A stretch of 59,739 nt of DNA, the filler included, from Dimargaris cristalligena (lineage: Eukaryota): assembly GCA_003614675.1 (NCBI GenBank). It is 4 parts of 4 records of this genome, joined end to end, with 100 filler letters (N's around TTAATTAATTAA, not from the genome) between each part and the next. Parts side by side here need not be neighbours in the genome. Positions count along the whole stretch, not along the records: positions 14,974 to 29,838 come from ML002928.1; positions 29,939 to 44,801 come from ML002929.1; 2 more parts are not named here. One strand, written 5' to 3'. The notes under the pieces are model-generated. The model made no database searches, had not been told where the DNA came from, and was given only the letters and a program-made list of their open reading frames with translations. Below are positions 24,021 through 36,700 of this stretch, piece by piece (position 1 is the first letter of the stretch; each line of letters starts with the position of its first letter). A program made the position numbers and the translations under genes.

Positions 24021-25645
24021 AGTGAAGGGTTGGTATAATATATATATATATATATATATAAGTATATGTGTGTCTATAGCAATTTAATAAAAAAAAAGCC
24101 TGAATGGGTCTAGTCAGCCAGGAGGTAAAACGAAAGTAGACTGTTGGTGAAAAAGGGAACCAAAGGTTGGAGGTAAAGAGCCAGCGAGAAAGGGGGTTTG
24201 GGAGTTTATAAAAGGTTGAGAAGCAAATGAGATGGACAAGGGCTGGCGTGGGGAAACGGGGCTGGGGTGGTCCATGTATGCTGCTACTTGGGAAGAAGTT
24301 GGGCTGAGTTGCGGAGTTGAATATATGCATTCACCAACACCAATAACTTAGGGTGGTCTTCATTATCGACGAGATGAGCCATTGGTTCCCTTCTTTATCT
24401 TCCCTAATTCACCCTGACAGTCTCTATAATTATATATAGGTAAGCCATTCGTATGAGGAGAGTATGTCTCTACAATACGTACTCGTCAATTACGCTGTGG
24501 CCCCTCTCGCTTGGCAGCACCTAGAGCGCACTTCTAAAGCTTTAGATGCGCACCTTGGTAGAGGTAGCCAAGTCCACATGGTTACGTTTCATGGACTGGG
24601 TGGCCTGACCCTCACCTCAGCTGAACCACTCACACATTGTATCCGCAAGAACTGACGGCGGTGGAAGTGAGTGGGCATGGTTGTAATAAATGAATGTGCC
24701 ACTTCTTCCAAGAGCCTTGTTATAGACCTACTTCATTATTCAAATGGTTTAGAGAGGACTTCCGTTCAACTAACGGAGAAGAGAGGGCTCTTTCACATGG
24801 ATCCACGCCATGCCATTTTTTTGGTAAAAAAATATATCACTCCTATATGGTCTACTACTAGCAGGGAAAATTTTGCGTAAAGGACTGTGTATCTTTCGCC
24901 AGTCACTCCTCTCTCTATTCATAGATGAAAACCAAAGTCGGGCAATATGGTGGTGCGAATCAGCCCATGGGCCAATCCTGGCGTCCTTTATTTTCCCCTG
25001 TCAGGGTGACTTCATCAACAGCGAAGAGAGGGTGAGGAGGAGGTATAGTCGCTTGCTAGTGTGGTCAATGTTAAGTGTGGACCAGAGTACAGGCAATTTT
25101 CGGCCCAATCGCCTGCACAACCTGGTGAGGCAGGTACTGCATGGCCGAAAAGGGAGTATCGAATAACTAACCACCCATTTAATAGTGATTGTCGAACCAA
25201 TCCTCTTTTACAATACAGAAGGGCCAATTCGTGAAAAATGATAGACAGTCGGGAAGTAGGCGCGGCAGGGACAAAAAAAAAGCAGACCCAGCGCCACGCA
25301 GGTGGATACCACATTCCATACTAACAATGTATCAATGCCAAGTAATAATGTAAATATTTGGTTTCTCAGTTGGCATGCTGCAGTAATATAAATTTGGTAA
25401 ATAAAGGGGCAATTGGAAGCAGGCGGGTGGGTTAAAAGGTTTGGGAAGAGCAGTGGTGAACAATACTCAACTAGTCTTGAAAAAAATACATATCCATTAT
25501 ATATATATCACCACCTAATTGTTATCGTCATGAGTACATTCGGAAATATGGAAATGCCTTTTAGAGGTTTATGTATAGTAAAATCCCAACCACATTATAT
25601 GTACGTATGGAGTTTAAGCCAAACACGCTGGCCATCACTATATGC

Positions 25646-26867
25646 CTATGAGCGGGAGGAACCTAATAGAGTGGGGTCCTGGCTAGTGTAGCTGGCTTTA
25701 GCGTTGGCAGCCCCGGGAGGAAGAGGCATCTGGGCCACCGGTGAACCTTGGTTGTCTAAGCATGTCGAATCAAGAGAAATAGCCAGTCGATAAACAGTTA
25801 GTAAAAGCGAACATCCAAGTAGCACTACTGGTCTCAGTAAAACATATGGAAAAAGATAATACACCATTGGAAATCATTCGATGTTGAGCAAAATAACACT
25901 TACCTTTACCGCCACCAGACTGTTTGAGTTCCGACTGGGGTCCCTGTTTCCGGGGCCGACCCCAGGCCACTTTCAGAAGGGCGTCTTTGATAGTTAGCCG
26001 ACCAAACGACTGTGCGGCCGCCTGTTCCGCCGCCGCCCGACTCACAAAATTAACAAAGGCGCACTTCTTCGCATGGGAAAGCACCACCGAGTCAATTTCG
26101 CCAAACACGTAGAAGTGCTGCCGTAGGTCAGCTTGGGATATATCGGGGGTAACGCCGACCAAGAATAGGGTTGTGACGGTGGGGTCGGCGGGGGGTTGTA
26201 GGGACGACGTGGCATTCTTCTCCCCCAGCCGGTTGAGCATCCGGTTGGCCACGGGGTCGTTGTTGCCGTAGTACCGGTCCTTAAAATTCTGTTTGGCCAG
26301 TTCCTCGTCCTCCGTTTTGGGCATTTCGTGTCGGTAAGGGCAGGTGTCCCCCCGGGTACATTCCCCTTTGGCGAAAAACGAACACAGCTGGGCCCGATTC
26401 CGGGCGTAGTAGGGCTGTTTACGCGCCATCCGCTTCAACGTTTCCCGGGCCGCCGAATCCGCCCGACTGTAATCGTGGTAACTCTCGCCATTCTCCAACC
26501 GTTTCTCCGCATTCTGCATGAAGTATTCCCGATTCACGTCGGATTGGGGCACATCTTCACTCACGTTGAGAATACGGTCCCGCACTTGAACGGGCAGGCC
26601 AAACTCAAGGTCGAGCATACACGTCTGGCACGCGTTCTTGAGTTTGGCGCAGGACTGGCAGATTTCGGTCTTCTTGTAACGCATGTTCTTACCCGGTTGC
26701 CAGCGGAAGATGGTAAAGGGTCGGGTGCAGATCTTGCACTCGCGGCCGTAGCCCTGCCGGGTCATGCGCATGTAAGGATTCTCGCCCAGACAGGTCTCGC
26801 AGACTATGGGGAAATCAGACTGCTCCCAGCCTTGCTTGTTGGGGTCCGACTTGTTCATGGTGGTCAT
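25646..26867 (-). CDS. SLT11: Pre-mRNA splicing factor Slt11/Ecm2/RBM22 (2 exons: 26867-25904, 25755-25646)
   Basis: WEQSDFPIVCETCLGENPY, CCCH finger CSFFAKGECTRGDTCPYRH, and an RRM. Intron 25903-25756 has GTAAGT, a TACTAAC branch point and TAG. Splicing yields the conserved C-terminal YTSQDP. Confidence 0.95.
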
Positions 26868-27498
26868 TGTGGAAAAAAGGGATAGTGGGGCTGGAAAGGG
26901 AAAAGGAAGGTAGGGTATATATAGAAATGCACAGAGGAGGCTGAATGAATAAGGATAAGAAGTGACTACACTACGAGTGACCCAGTAGGGTCGATTAAAT
27001 AGAGGTAGAGGGGATACGGTGAAATACAAATAACTGTCAAAGTGGGTAAATGTAAAAGTAAGTCAACTGATGGGCACAGTACGAACAGGTAGGGCGAAGT
27101 GCATTTTCTTTTGCCACAAAGGCGTATAAATGATGATGGCCACGCGGAGGTTGGTAAATAATATAGGCGGCCACAGCCTCCGCTTTGTGCAAGAGGGTCT
27201 AAGATTAGTCATGTGATCATATCCACCACCACGGCAGGATTATAAATCCACGACCTCTGGTAAAGCCCCAGCCCCAGGCCTGGAAATAACCCTAGGGTTC
27301 CTTTTCCTTTATGTCCATATGACTTGCTAGTATATTCTGCAAAAGACTTACTCACATTATCTTGTGCTATTAAATGTTTATTTTTAATCCAGGGTATCGA
27401 AGAATAACCGAAAGGTAACTTGTACCTAGATTTGATCAAGGATCACTCCTTGGCCAGCTATTAAAGAAATGAAACAGCGGTGCCGAGAAATTGGCCAT

Positions 27499-28833
27499 CT
27501 ACTCCCGCGCTTTTAGGACCCCCTTAGCAACCGCCAATTCAGCATTCAAGATACTACTGCCGGCGGCCCCCAGGACCGTATTATGCACCAACAGGGTGAA
27601 CTTCAAGTCCAGCACGGGACAGGGGCGGATCCGTCCCACCGTCACCGTGTTACCACCATGGGTGTCCCGATCCAACCGAGGCTGGGGACGGTCGGGCTGG
27701 GTGGCCACAACGATGGGATGTTTAGGAGCCGAATAACAGCCCAGCAATTGCGACTCGCTCTGGAAATCGGACAATACCTTATCGACTTCCGCCACGGTCG
27801 GCGGGGAGAAACTGGGATCCGTGGACCGGGCAAATTTAACGGACACGCATTCAGTGTGACCGTCCACGACGGCTACACGGTTACAAGTAGCCGACACGAC
27901 GGTATTGTCCAGGGCCCGGAACCCGGAATTATCGGGCAGGACACTACCCAAGATTTTCGCCACTTCGGTTTCCATTTTGTCTTCTTCGCCGTCAATGAGC
28001 GGGATCACGTTATCCAAAATGTCCAAGGAGCTGACCCCCGGGTACCCGGCGCCGGAAATAGCCTGCATGGTGGTGACCATGACGTGGCTCAACGGGCCAA
28101 AGGCGTCCTGGAGGGCCCGCAGGACAACGACCAGACCGGTGGTGGAACAATTGGCGTTGGTGACGAGGAACCCGTACTTCAGGTTGTGCTGGGCCCGCTG
28201 GTGCTCGATAACGGTGAGGTGTTCCGGGTTGGCCGTGGGTACGATCAACGGAATGTTGGCCCCCATACGGTGGTTCTTGGCGTTGGAGAAAACGGCGATA
28301 TCCGCCTTCAAGAAGGCCGATTCTATAAAGAGTCGGGCGAGGTTGGGCAAAATCACATTATATTATATAGGGCATAGACACGCAATGATTAGGGGGGATG
28401 GAATTAAGCATGTTTAACTGAGCCTGTGCTGGCCCTTGGTAATGCATTCTCACCTGCACTTTCCCCATTCAATCATAAGAATACATAAATAAATATATAT
28501 ATATATATATATAGAGAGAGAAAGAGAGAATCACTTACCCACATCGCCAGCGACGCTCGAGTCTAATCCAGAAAAGACCACGTCACAGTCGGCAAAGGGT
28601 TGGGGCTCGCAAGCCTGCACCACCAGCGACCCTACGGCCTTAGTGTAGGGAGCGTTCATTTTCCAGCGGACCACCTGGTCGTAGGGTTTACCAGCCGAGC
28701 GAGGCGAGGCGCCCAGGGCGTGGATGGTGAACAAGGGATGGGTTTCCAGCAGTACGATAAACCGCTGGCCGACGGTGCCGGTAGCACCCAGGATGCCAAC
28801 CTTGAGTTTGCGGGCGGGTAGCACGGTGGTCAT
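27499..28833 (-). CDS. HOM2: Aspartate-semialdehyde dehydrogenase (2 exons: 28833-28539, 28322-27499)
   Basis: GILGATGTVGQRF, catalytic NANCST, QAISGAG, DGHTE and HNTVLGAAG. Phase-1 intron 28538-28323 (GTAAGT..TAG) joins ..GDV-E-SAFL. Confidence 0.97.
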
Positions 28834-29838
28834 TTTTAGTTTGAGAGGTAGAACAGATAGGTGAAGAATAGACGGTGTTGTGTATGACACGCGTGTAGGG
28901 TCCGTGGTGTAAACGAGAGCAGTGAGGGTTATATAAATATAGACTAATGAGCAACTTGTAGGTTGCACGGTAAAATATATAAAGGCTAGTGGGTGAAGAA
29001 GCGTTCGGGTAGTTAGTTGGGAAAAGGATCGCGTGGATAGTATAAGTAGGTAAATAAGCTAAATAGGAGCCAAGGGGCAAGAATACAGTGGAATACGACT
29101 GGGTGATATGATAATACTCCAAGAACTGCTGTTGTAGTGGTGACTCTTCTAGTTTAATGGGGAGAAACTCCCCAGTCCAAGACTTGGTTCAGTCTGCGGG
29201 TGTAGTGTAACCACCAATCACGGAGCTGTAAATCCGGCTGAAAGGGATAGGCAGTCAAATAGGACTGCTCTCTTCCTTTTCAGAGGTGACCAGCTATTGC
29301 TCATAATTAAATCCATCACTCCTCCTCCACCCCTGTAAGATAAAATCGGCCCCGTTCTTAGCCAATCCATTCCCGTATAGCCATTGTGTGCGATTAGAAT
29401 GTATATATCACGTATTTTATTACCATTAAAAGATTTGAGTTAATAGACTGAGTTAAATACTATCTAGTTAGTTAGATAAATAACCATATAGAGGAGATTC
29501 GACACCGCAGAATATCATTATGGGTAGCTTGTGACTGGTGGAATTAGTAAAAAAGGCTATTTAAACCCCAAAGCATCTGACTAGGTGGCCTAATATTCCA
29601 TTATAGCGAGGCCCGGGTAGCGACCATACTGCCTACATTACCAAGGAACATGAAGTGCTACCAATATTAGGACCAAGGTAGGGGATTCCTCAACATCCAC
29701 CGATGGATTAAAATATACAGACATACCTTTCATTAATTGCCAGTGATAATAAACCCAAAATGGTCAAATCCAAAAAAAAGTTATAGCACCAACTATTCCC
29801 AAGTGGTCACCCACCTCAGTACTAAATTGGCTGATAAG

Positions 29839-29938
29839 NNNNNNNNNNNNNNNNNNNNNNNNNNNNNNNNNNNNNNNNNNNNTTAATTAATTAANNNNNN
29901 NNNNNNNNNNNNNNNNNNNNNNNNNNNNNNNNNNNNNN
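29839..29938. other. Artificial contig spacer N44-TTAATTAATTAA-N44
   Basis: Identical to the other two spacers. Confidence 0.98.
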
Positions 29939-30083
29939 TGTCGGTGACCGAGTGCAGATGCAGGGCACAGTTCCCGGACTGCCAGCTAGTCCGATCGCTG
30001 TTTCCGTCTTTAGTACAGGGGTAGGCACGTCCCTTGGTGTCTTTCGTGGGGGGTTTGAGGTGCGCCCAGTGGCTCCCGTCATC
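29939..30083 (-). other. Inverted fragment of a Vps10 domain
   Basis: The minus strand reads DDGSHWAHLKPPTKDTKGRAYPC..NCALHLHSVTD, paralogous to FDNGASWRSLAAPGRDSLGHPFQC..GCGLHLNSFT in the plus-strand Vps10. Confidence 0.85.
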
Positions 30084-32165
30084 AGTGATAAGGTACAGTA
30101 CTATACGGAGGACCGCGGCAAGACCTTCCAGCCCCTTCGCGTGCCGAACGAGTCCAGCCTGTTCGCGAGTCGCCACATGTTCTTTCACCCGGATAACCCC
30201 AGTTGGATCATTTACCTGGCCGGAGTGGAGTGTGATTCCGTGTTCACCTCCACCTGTCACGAAGAGGCCCTCGTTACCCGTAACCACGGTCAGCACTGGA
30301 CGGCGGTGAATCAGTATACCCGGGGCTGCCAGTGGGCCCAGACGGATAAATTCATATCCCGCACCCACGGCACCATCTTCTGCGAGGAATATGCCACTAA
30401 GCACGGGTCCCAATTCACCCTGTCCCAGTCCCGCCGCCAGTTTGTGACCAGTGACGATGATTTTGCCACGGTACACACCCCGTTTGATAACATTGTCCAT
30501 TTCGCCATCATTGAGGAATACTTGGTGGTGGCCGTATTCACCGGTGGTGGCAGTAATCTTCGCCTGCAACTATCAATGAATGGGGAGACCTTCGCCCCCG
30601 CCCACCTGCCGGGTAATGTGCATGACATTAACAAGGCCTATACTGTTCTCAACTCCAAGGAACGGGCCATCTTCCTGCATGTTACCACTAGTAATGCCCA
30701 GGGGGCTGAGTTTGGTACGTTATTTACCTCCAACTCCAATGGTACTTATTATACCTCGTCCTTGCCCTATGTGAACCGCAACGAGCAAGGACTCGTGGAC
30801 TTCGAGAAGATGGCGGGAATCGAGGGCATCGCCCTCGTCAATCAAGTCCGAAACCCCCGGGAATTACTGCGCGGTGGAACGGCTTCCAAAGAGATCCAGT
30901 CCCGTATATCATTCGACAATGGTGCGAGCTGGCGTTCCTTAGCCGCGCCCGGCCGCGACTCGCTAGGCCACCCTTTCCAATGCGATGGGGAGGGGTGTGG
31001 CCTCCACCTGAATAGCTTCACGGTGCGCAGCGATCCGGTTAATATTCTGAGTGCGTCCTCCGCGGTGGGCCTGATGCTCGGAGTGGGCAACGTAGGTTCC
31101 CGTCTCCTTCCGTACCGGGATGGCGATACCTTCCTAACCCGCGATGCCGGCCTCAACTGGAAGGAAATCCGGAAGGGGGCCCATTTACACGAGTTTGGGG
31201 ACCACGGGGCCATTCTGCTCCTAGTCGACGACGAAGAACCGACCGATCACGTTTGGTATTCCCTGGACGACGGCAATACGTTCCACAAGTTCGTGTTTGC
31301 TTTATCGCACACCAAACAGCGCATCGTGTCCATGACCACAGAGCCCCAATCGACCAGCCGTAAATTCCTGCTCATGGGGCTGTCCACCGAAGCCACCCCA
31401 CGGTTCATCGTTACGGCCCTCGATTTCACCGGGACCGAAACCCTCCAGTGTGTCTTGGATAACAATAACGAGGAGACGGACGATTTTGAACTGTGGAGCC
31501 CGAGTGCGGACCGGGAGGGCAAGTGTCTGTTCGGCCAGGAAATCCAATACTACCGCCGGATCGAAGGGCGCGACTGCTATATCGGTAACGAGTTCGAACC
31601 TACTCCAAAAGTCATCAAGCACTGCCCGTGTACCGAAACGGACTTCGAATGCGACTATAATTTCGAACGGGATCCGGCGGGCTCGGGCAAATGCGTGTTG
31701 GTCCCCGGCCTCGCCCCGCCCGACGAAAGTAATAAGTGCGATCCGGGCCAGGACTACCATTTCAAGTCCAGCGGGTACCGGAAAATCCCGCTGTCGTTAT
31801 GCCAAGGGGGGCTTACCCTCGACAAACCGCGGGAAGTGTACTGCCCCGATAAGGCGGCCAGTATCACGTTGCGCCTACTGCTCTTCCTGCCATTCGCGGC
31901 CATGCTGGCCGGCGCTATTTACCTGGGTCTTAAGAACCGCCGCCAATCCGTGGGGGTCGCCCTGTTGGCCCTGCCGGGTCTGGTGGTGATTCTCCTCCAT
32001 TCCATCGACTGGCGGAGGTTATTGGCCTACCCATTGGATCTGTGGGATCGGATCATGTCGTTCAAATACCGCTACGCCCCCGTGCAGCAAGACGAACCGG
32101 CCTCCGATTTGTTGATGGAAAACTACGAGGACTACTTTGACCACTGGGAAGAGGAGGAGGCTTAG
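30084..32165 (+). CDS. VPS10: Vacuolar sorting receptor Vps10/Pep1 (sortilin family), 5'-truncated
   Basis: BNR/Asp-box repeats (TEDRGKTF, SFDNGASW, TRDAGLNW, SLDDGNTF), VDFEKMAGIEGI, Cys-rich 10CC region (CPCTETDFECDYNF), a TM segment and a YAPV tail motif. Confidence 0.93.
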   Translation, partial: SDKVQYYTEDRGKTFQPLRVPNESSLFASRHMFFHPDNPSWIIYLAGVECDSVFTSTCHEEALVTRNHGQHWTAVNQYTRGCQWAQTDKFISRTHGTIFCEEYATKHGSQFTLSQSRRQFVTSDDDFATVHTPFDNIVHFAIIEEYLVVAVFTGGGSNLRLQLSMNGETFAPAHLPGNVHDINKAYTVLNSKERAIFLHVTTSNAQGAEFGTLFTSNSNGTYYTSSLPYVNRNEQGLVDFEKMAGIEGIALVNQVRNPRELLRGGTASKEIQSRISFDNGASWRSLAAPGRDSLGHPFQCDGEGCGLHLNSFTVRSDPVNILSASSAVGLMLGVGNVGSRLLPYRDGDTFLTRDAGLNWKEIRKGAHLHEFGDHGAILLLVDDEEPTDHVWYSLDDGNTFHKFVFALSHTKQRIVSMTTEPQSTSRKFLLMGLSTEATPRFIVTALDFTGTETLQCVLDNNNEETDDFELWSPSADREGKCLFGQEIQYYRRIEGRDCYIGNEFEPTPKVIKHCPCTETDFECDYNFERDPAGSGKCVLVPGLAPPDESNKCDPGQDYHFKSSGYRKIPLSLCQGGLTLDKPREVYCPDKAASITLRLLLFLPFAAMLAGAIYLGLKNRRQSVGVALLALPGLVVILLHSIDWRRLLAYPLDLWDRIMSFKYRYAPVQQDEPASDLLMENYEDYFDHWEEEEA

Positions 32166-33756
32166 GTTGTAGGAGTAGAGGGGATCAATATTTTTATATT
32201 ATACATATCCGAAAATAGATCATTTGGAGCTGGGGTGGAGGCGGATCGTGTGATAGCGGTCTTCTATTGCGCTTTATACCCTGCCATTTGCGTTGTTTAT
32301 TATTATTATTATTATTACTATTATTATTTGCAGGAGTTCGTATATTTTTTTCTTCATATTTTACCACTGCTATTGGATTTATTCATTTTTCGACAATTTC
32401 CATGACCAAAAGGGATTGGATTCCATAAGGGGTATTTCATGTGACTTACTATAATAGCCGGGCGTGGGCGTGGGCTATGTTTAGAACATGCGCATTTGTA
32501 TACTTGTTCAATGATTTTATATATTTTTTAGATTGTGTTCTTCAAAACAGGCACCGTTGTTTAAGGGAAGTCTTCCGGGCTTTGACCGCCACCAACTCCT
32601 CTTGGACTATACTTCTTAATTATGCCATCTCCCTTGGGAATTGTACCGGATTTCAAAATAAATATTACAATTCAACAAATGTAGCTGCCGTTTACCATAA
32701 TCGTGCTAGCAATTGTATGAAGAGGGCAGTTTTAATATATCGAGGGAGATTCCTGTGTACATGATTAGTCTGGTGTGAGATATTATAAAATGATGAGTAG
32801 TGGAGCAATTAATTATCGTACACGTTTTGCAGCGGAGGGACTCAACCTCAAGCATTTGGGTGAATTTAAACATAGCCCAAACACACATTGAGCAAGTGAA
32901 CTGAATGACTTTTGGACGCTTGCGATGTTATCTAAAAATGGGACTATATATGTACAGGAGCCTATAGGGATGTCATCGCTGGATGTGCCCTTTGTCCGCA
33001 ATACATTCCCTGCAACCCGTTTGATCGACCCCTACACGAAGACATCTTTGTTGTGAGCAACTTGAGTGCCGAAGGAGAGGTGAGAGAAGGTTGATCTATT
33101 ATGGAAGTTCGAGATGGAATAGACGCGGGGGATTGATTAATTCTTACATCCAGCACTCTGTTAAAAGTCGGGAGAATGAGGTGGCTTGGATTACTTAATG
33201 ACCTCTTGACGTATATCCCGCATTTTTCCACCAAGGTGTCCCATTCGTCTTTTGAAGTTCCGGAAGTCATCTCGGACTTGTTTCTAAAGCGTTAGCACAA
33301 TTTAACCACTTTGTATCTTCTATTTTTTAAAGGGTTTGTATAGCCTATTCAGTCCCTTGCACCGCCCCTACGTGGTCCGCCTGTTCTTTCTCCACACTCG
33401 CGCATTCGAAGTCGCTGCATTCTCATTCCACTGTCTTCGGTGGGGTTATGTTTTGTATTCTCATCTCAACGTCCAACCAAAAATTTAATGTCCAGCGCAA
33501 CATATCGTTTGGCTGTCTATTGAACTACAGGTATATAGAGCTCATTTCAGTCGTTGGTTCTTGTACATTTTTATAACATACATATCATTCATAAGGGTTT
33601 AAATTTTTGTACTCTGTGTATCACTGCTACTAGAACTAGTGCCTTTTGCATCCATCACACATCAAATCTACTTACTCATCGGCAACCGGCCCTTCCACCC
33701 AGCTGCTGCCGAAGCCACCACCTTCATTTTTATTTGCCGTTTAGCCGCCCATCCCA

Positions 33757-36700
33757 ATGGCGACCTCACAACCCCCAGACCAGTCCCGCTCCCCCGCCAA
33801 TGGCCACCTTAATACCATCACCCTATCGCCATCCCGACGTCTTTCCGTTTCCCAACGGGCCCGCCACACCATCGCCCTAGGGAAGTTACAGGGTTCCAGT
33901 TGGCCTAAATCGGAGGGCGGCAGTCGGCCGGGAACTCCAGGGGGGGAGGGCTCCTCCCTACTCCGAACAACAGTCCCGACCACTTCTTCCTCACTACCCT
34001 CCCTGTCCCCGCCGGAAGCAGCCCGGCCCCAATCCCTACCCCCACCACGTACCAAACCGGCCAAACTAACGACGAGTGAGGAACAACGGCCGCCGACAGC
34101 CGGGGGTAGCCGCGGTCGCACTCTTACCGACTATCTCAACCTCCCCGAATGGCATAACCGCGACATTAGCCTTAATTCCATCGCGGGCGTTATTAATAAC
34201 CCCATGGCGCGGTCGGGAGCTTCGTCTAAAATATCCAAATCGGATTTACCGGTGGTACCGGTGACCACCTACCGTAAAGTCCGGGCGTCTGACTTTGACG
34301 AGTATTTGGGCAAAATCAGCCGGCACTTTGAGCAGTACGAACAGACTAAGCAGCATCGGGCGGAGCAGGCCATCATAGACGCCGAGCCCATCCCGGCCCC
34401 GTCCATTTTGCTGAGCGGTTCGTCAAAGGAAGGGGACGGCTCCCCCGCACCAGCCAACTCTAACTCTGCTAAGCCCCCGGACAAGGCCGGGCTGCAGCTG
34501 GAGGACGTGCCGCGGGTTTTTTACCAGTCGGAATTGGATCTTACCGACCCGGACCAGTTCCGGCTCCTGTGTACTACGTTGGGGCAGGTGGGAATCGTTG
34601 ATAGTCCCGAAGCAGACTCGCGGGGCCGGGTACCGCTGCCCGTACTCACTCCCGAATTCATCAGCCGGTCGCAGGACTACATCACCCAGTGCCTCGATGT
34701 GGTGGAGCAACGCCTCACCAACGAAATTGGCCAGCGTTCCGGCGCTTTTTTCAATGCCCTGTCAACCCTCCAGAACTTACACGAGGAGACCGATAAATGT
34801 GTCGAAAAAATCCACAGTCTTCGGGGTATGCTCGCCAACGTCTCTGAGCTACACTGCGGCACGGGCCGGTCCCTCCTTCGGCTCCGGCAACGGAAGCAGA
34901 ACCTACTCCATTTGCAGGACGCCATCGGAGTGCTCCAGGAATTGCGGGCGGTCTTGGATCACATCACTATACTGGTCCAGCAGGATGATCTGACGGGGGC
35001 TCTCCATTTGCTGTGCGACGCACAAGTGGCAGCCGCTAAATATCGCGAATCAGGGGCGACGGATACTCCTAACCTCACGCGCGTGCGGGCGTTTAAGGAA
35101 CTGACCAGTGAATTGTCGGCCACCGCTCAGTCGGTGCGCTTGGTGGTTCAGCAGCGATTCCCGCTTGTGATCACCAAACGGTTGGATCAGCTGTGGCGCA
35201 GTGTCACCATCGAATCGGTGAGTAGTGTAATGCCTTTTTATTCGGACGAACTTCCCCGGATATCCACCCTGCCTCCGTCTATATGGACCGAAACGGAAGC
35301 CCAATTGGATGCGGCACTTACCCCCTATCTGACGGCACTGCGCCGGTCCGGTCAGGTAGAGTCTGCGCTGCGGGGGTTACGGGACCCCTTAATCAATGAA
35401 GTCACGCAACTACTTATCCAGCTCTGGTCTAGCTCCTTCCCAGAGTTACTCGGCAGAATCGGCTTGGCCAAATCTTCGTCCAATCCGGTGACATCGCCGA
35501 ACTCTGCCGACCCGTCCGTCACTGGAGTCCCGGTCGACCCACAACCCTGGATGGCCGAGGTAACGACCATGACCTTTGACCGTTTTCTGGAGTGGCTCTT
35601 CCAGCTCTTTGCCGCTTTTCTGCTGGTGGTCAAATACACCCTGGTGGTCCGGGACGTCTGTGTCGCGGCTATGGAACCAAACAGCCCCGGGATAGCGGAG
35701 CTTAACGCCATGGTGGAAGCTCTGTTGGACTTAGCCCATGTGCGGTGCGCCCAGGTGGTGAGTCACCGCTCGGACCAAAACTCCCAACTGGACCTCAAGG
35801 CCTTTTATCGGTTGTACGCCGTATCCTGGGCCTACATTTACGAGATGGAGGAATGTACCACCAAGACCTGTTTCGGTATCCGTGGCACCCTGGTGGCCCA
35901 ATGTAAGGCCTTCCTATCCCATTTCCATATGGAACGAACCAAGCAATTGATTATGCTAATTGAAAGCGACCAGTGGGTACAGAAGGGGGTGCCCATTGAT
36001 TTTCAACACATGGTGGATAAAATTGTGGCATCGTCAACTCGCCGACCCGAATCAACCCTGTTGAATAGTAAACGCGGGTCTCTATCGACCAAATCGGAGG
36101 TGGGCGGAGAAAGTGTGACTGATGGGGACACCAGTTCAAGAGTGTCAGGAGAGGGAGGGCCCCCCCATACATCACCACCCGAATCCGGTCGGGTTCGCAA
36201 CGTGCCCCCCCTCCTGGTCCTCGAAATCGACAGCGACACGCCAAAGGAAAGCCGCAACCGTGATTCCGTCGCCCGTAAAAAGGCCAACCGGGCCAGTGTT
36301 GACAGTATCTCCAGCCTACTCCTCAGCGGTACCCCGGATTCGTGGTATTTTGATCCCGATTTACTCCCCGTGGGCCCCAACAATGAGAATGGAGGACCGG
36401 CGGCAGCGCCGGACACCCACAAGTTCCTGGTGATCCGGGGCCAGAACTTCCACGTAGTGGGGTGCTCGCTTATGCTTCTTAAAATGGTGATTGATTATAT
36501 CCAATGTTCAGCCAACATCCAAATTCTGGCTACTGACGTACTTCACCGAGTCATTGAAATTTTCAAGCTGTTCAATTCGCGTACCTGTCAGGTCATTCTC
36601 GGAGCCGGAGCAATTCGGTCGGCGGGTCTCAAAAGCATCACGGCCAAACATATCGCGCTGGCGTCCCAGTCCCTGGGTCTGGTGATTACCCTCCTCCCCT

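Noticed and set aside
25770-27029. Track ORF of 419 aa as the Slt11 protein
   Set aside because: It includes 5' UTR and reads into the intron; the spliced model 26867-25646 fits better.
27583-28377. Long antisense ORFs over HOM2 (likewise over the CRAL-TRIO, Rrm4-like, VPS10, VPS54 and SCC3 genes)
   Set aside because: Shadow ORFs expected from GC-rich codon usage.
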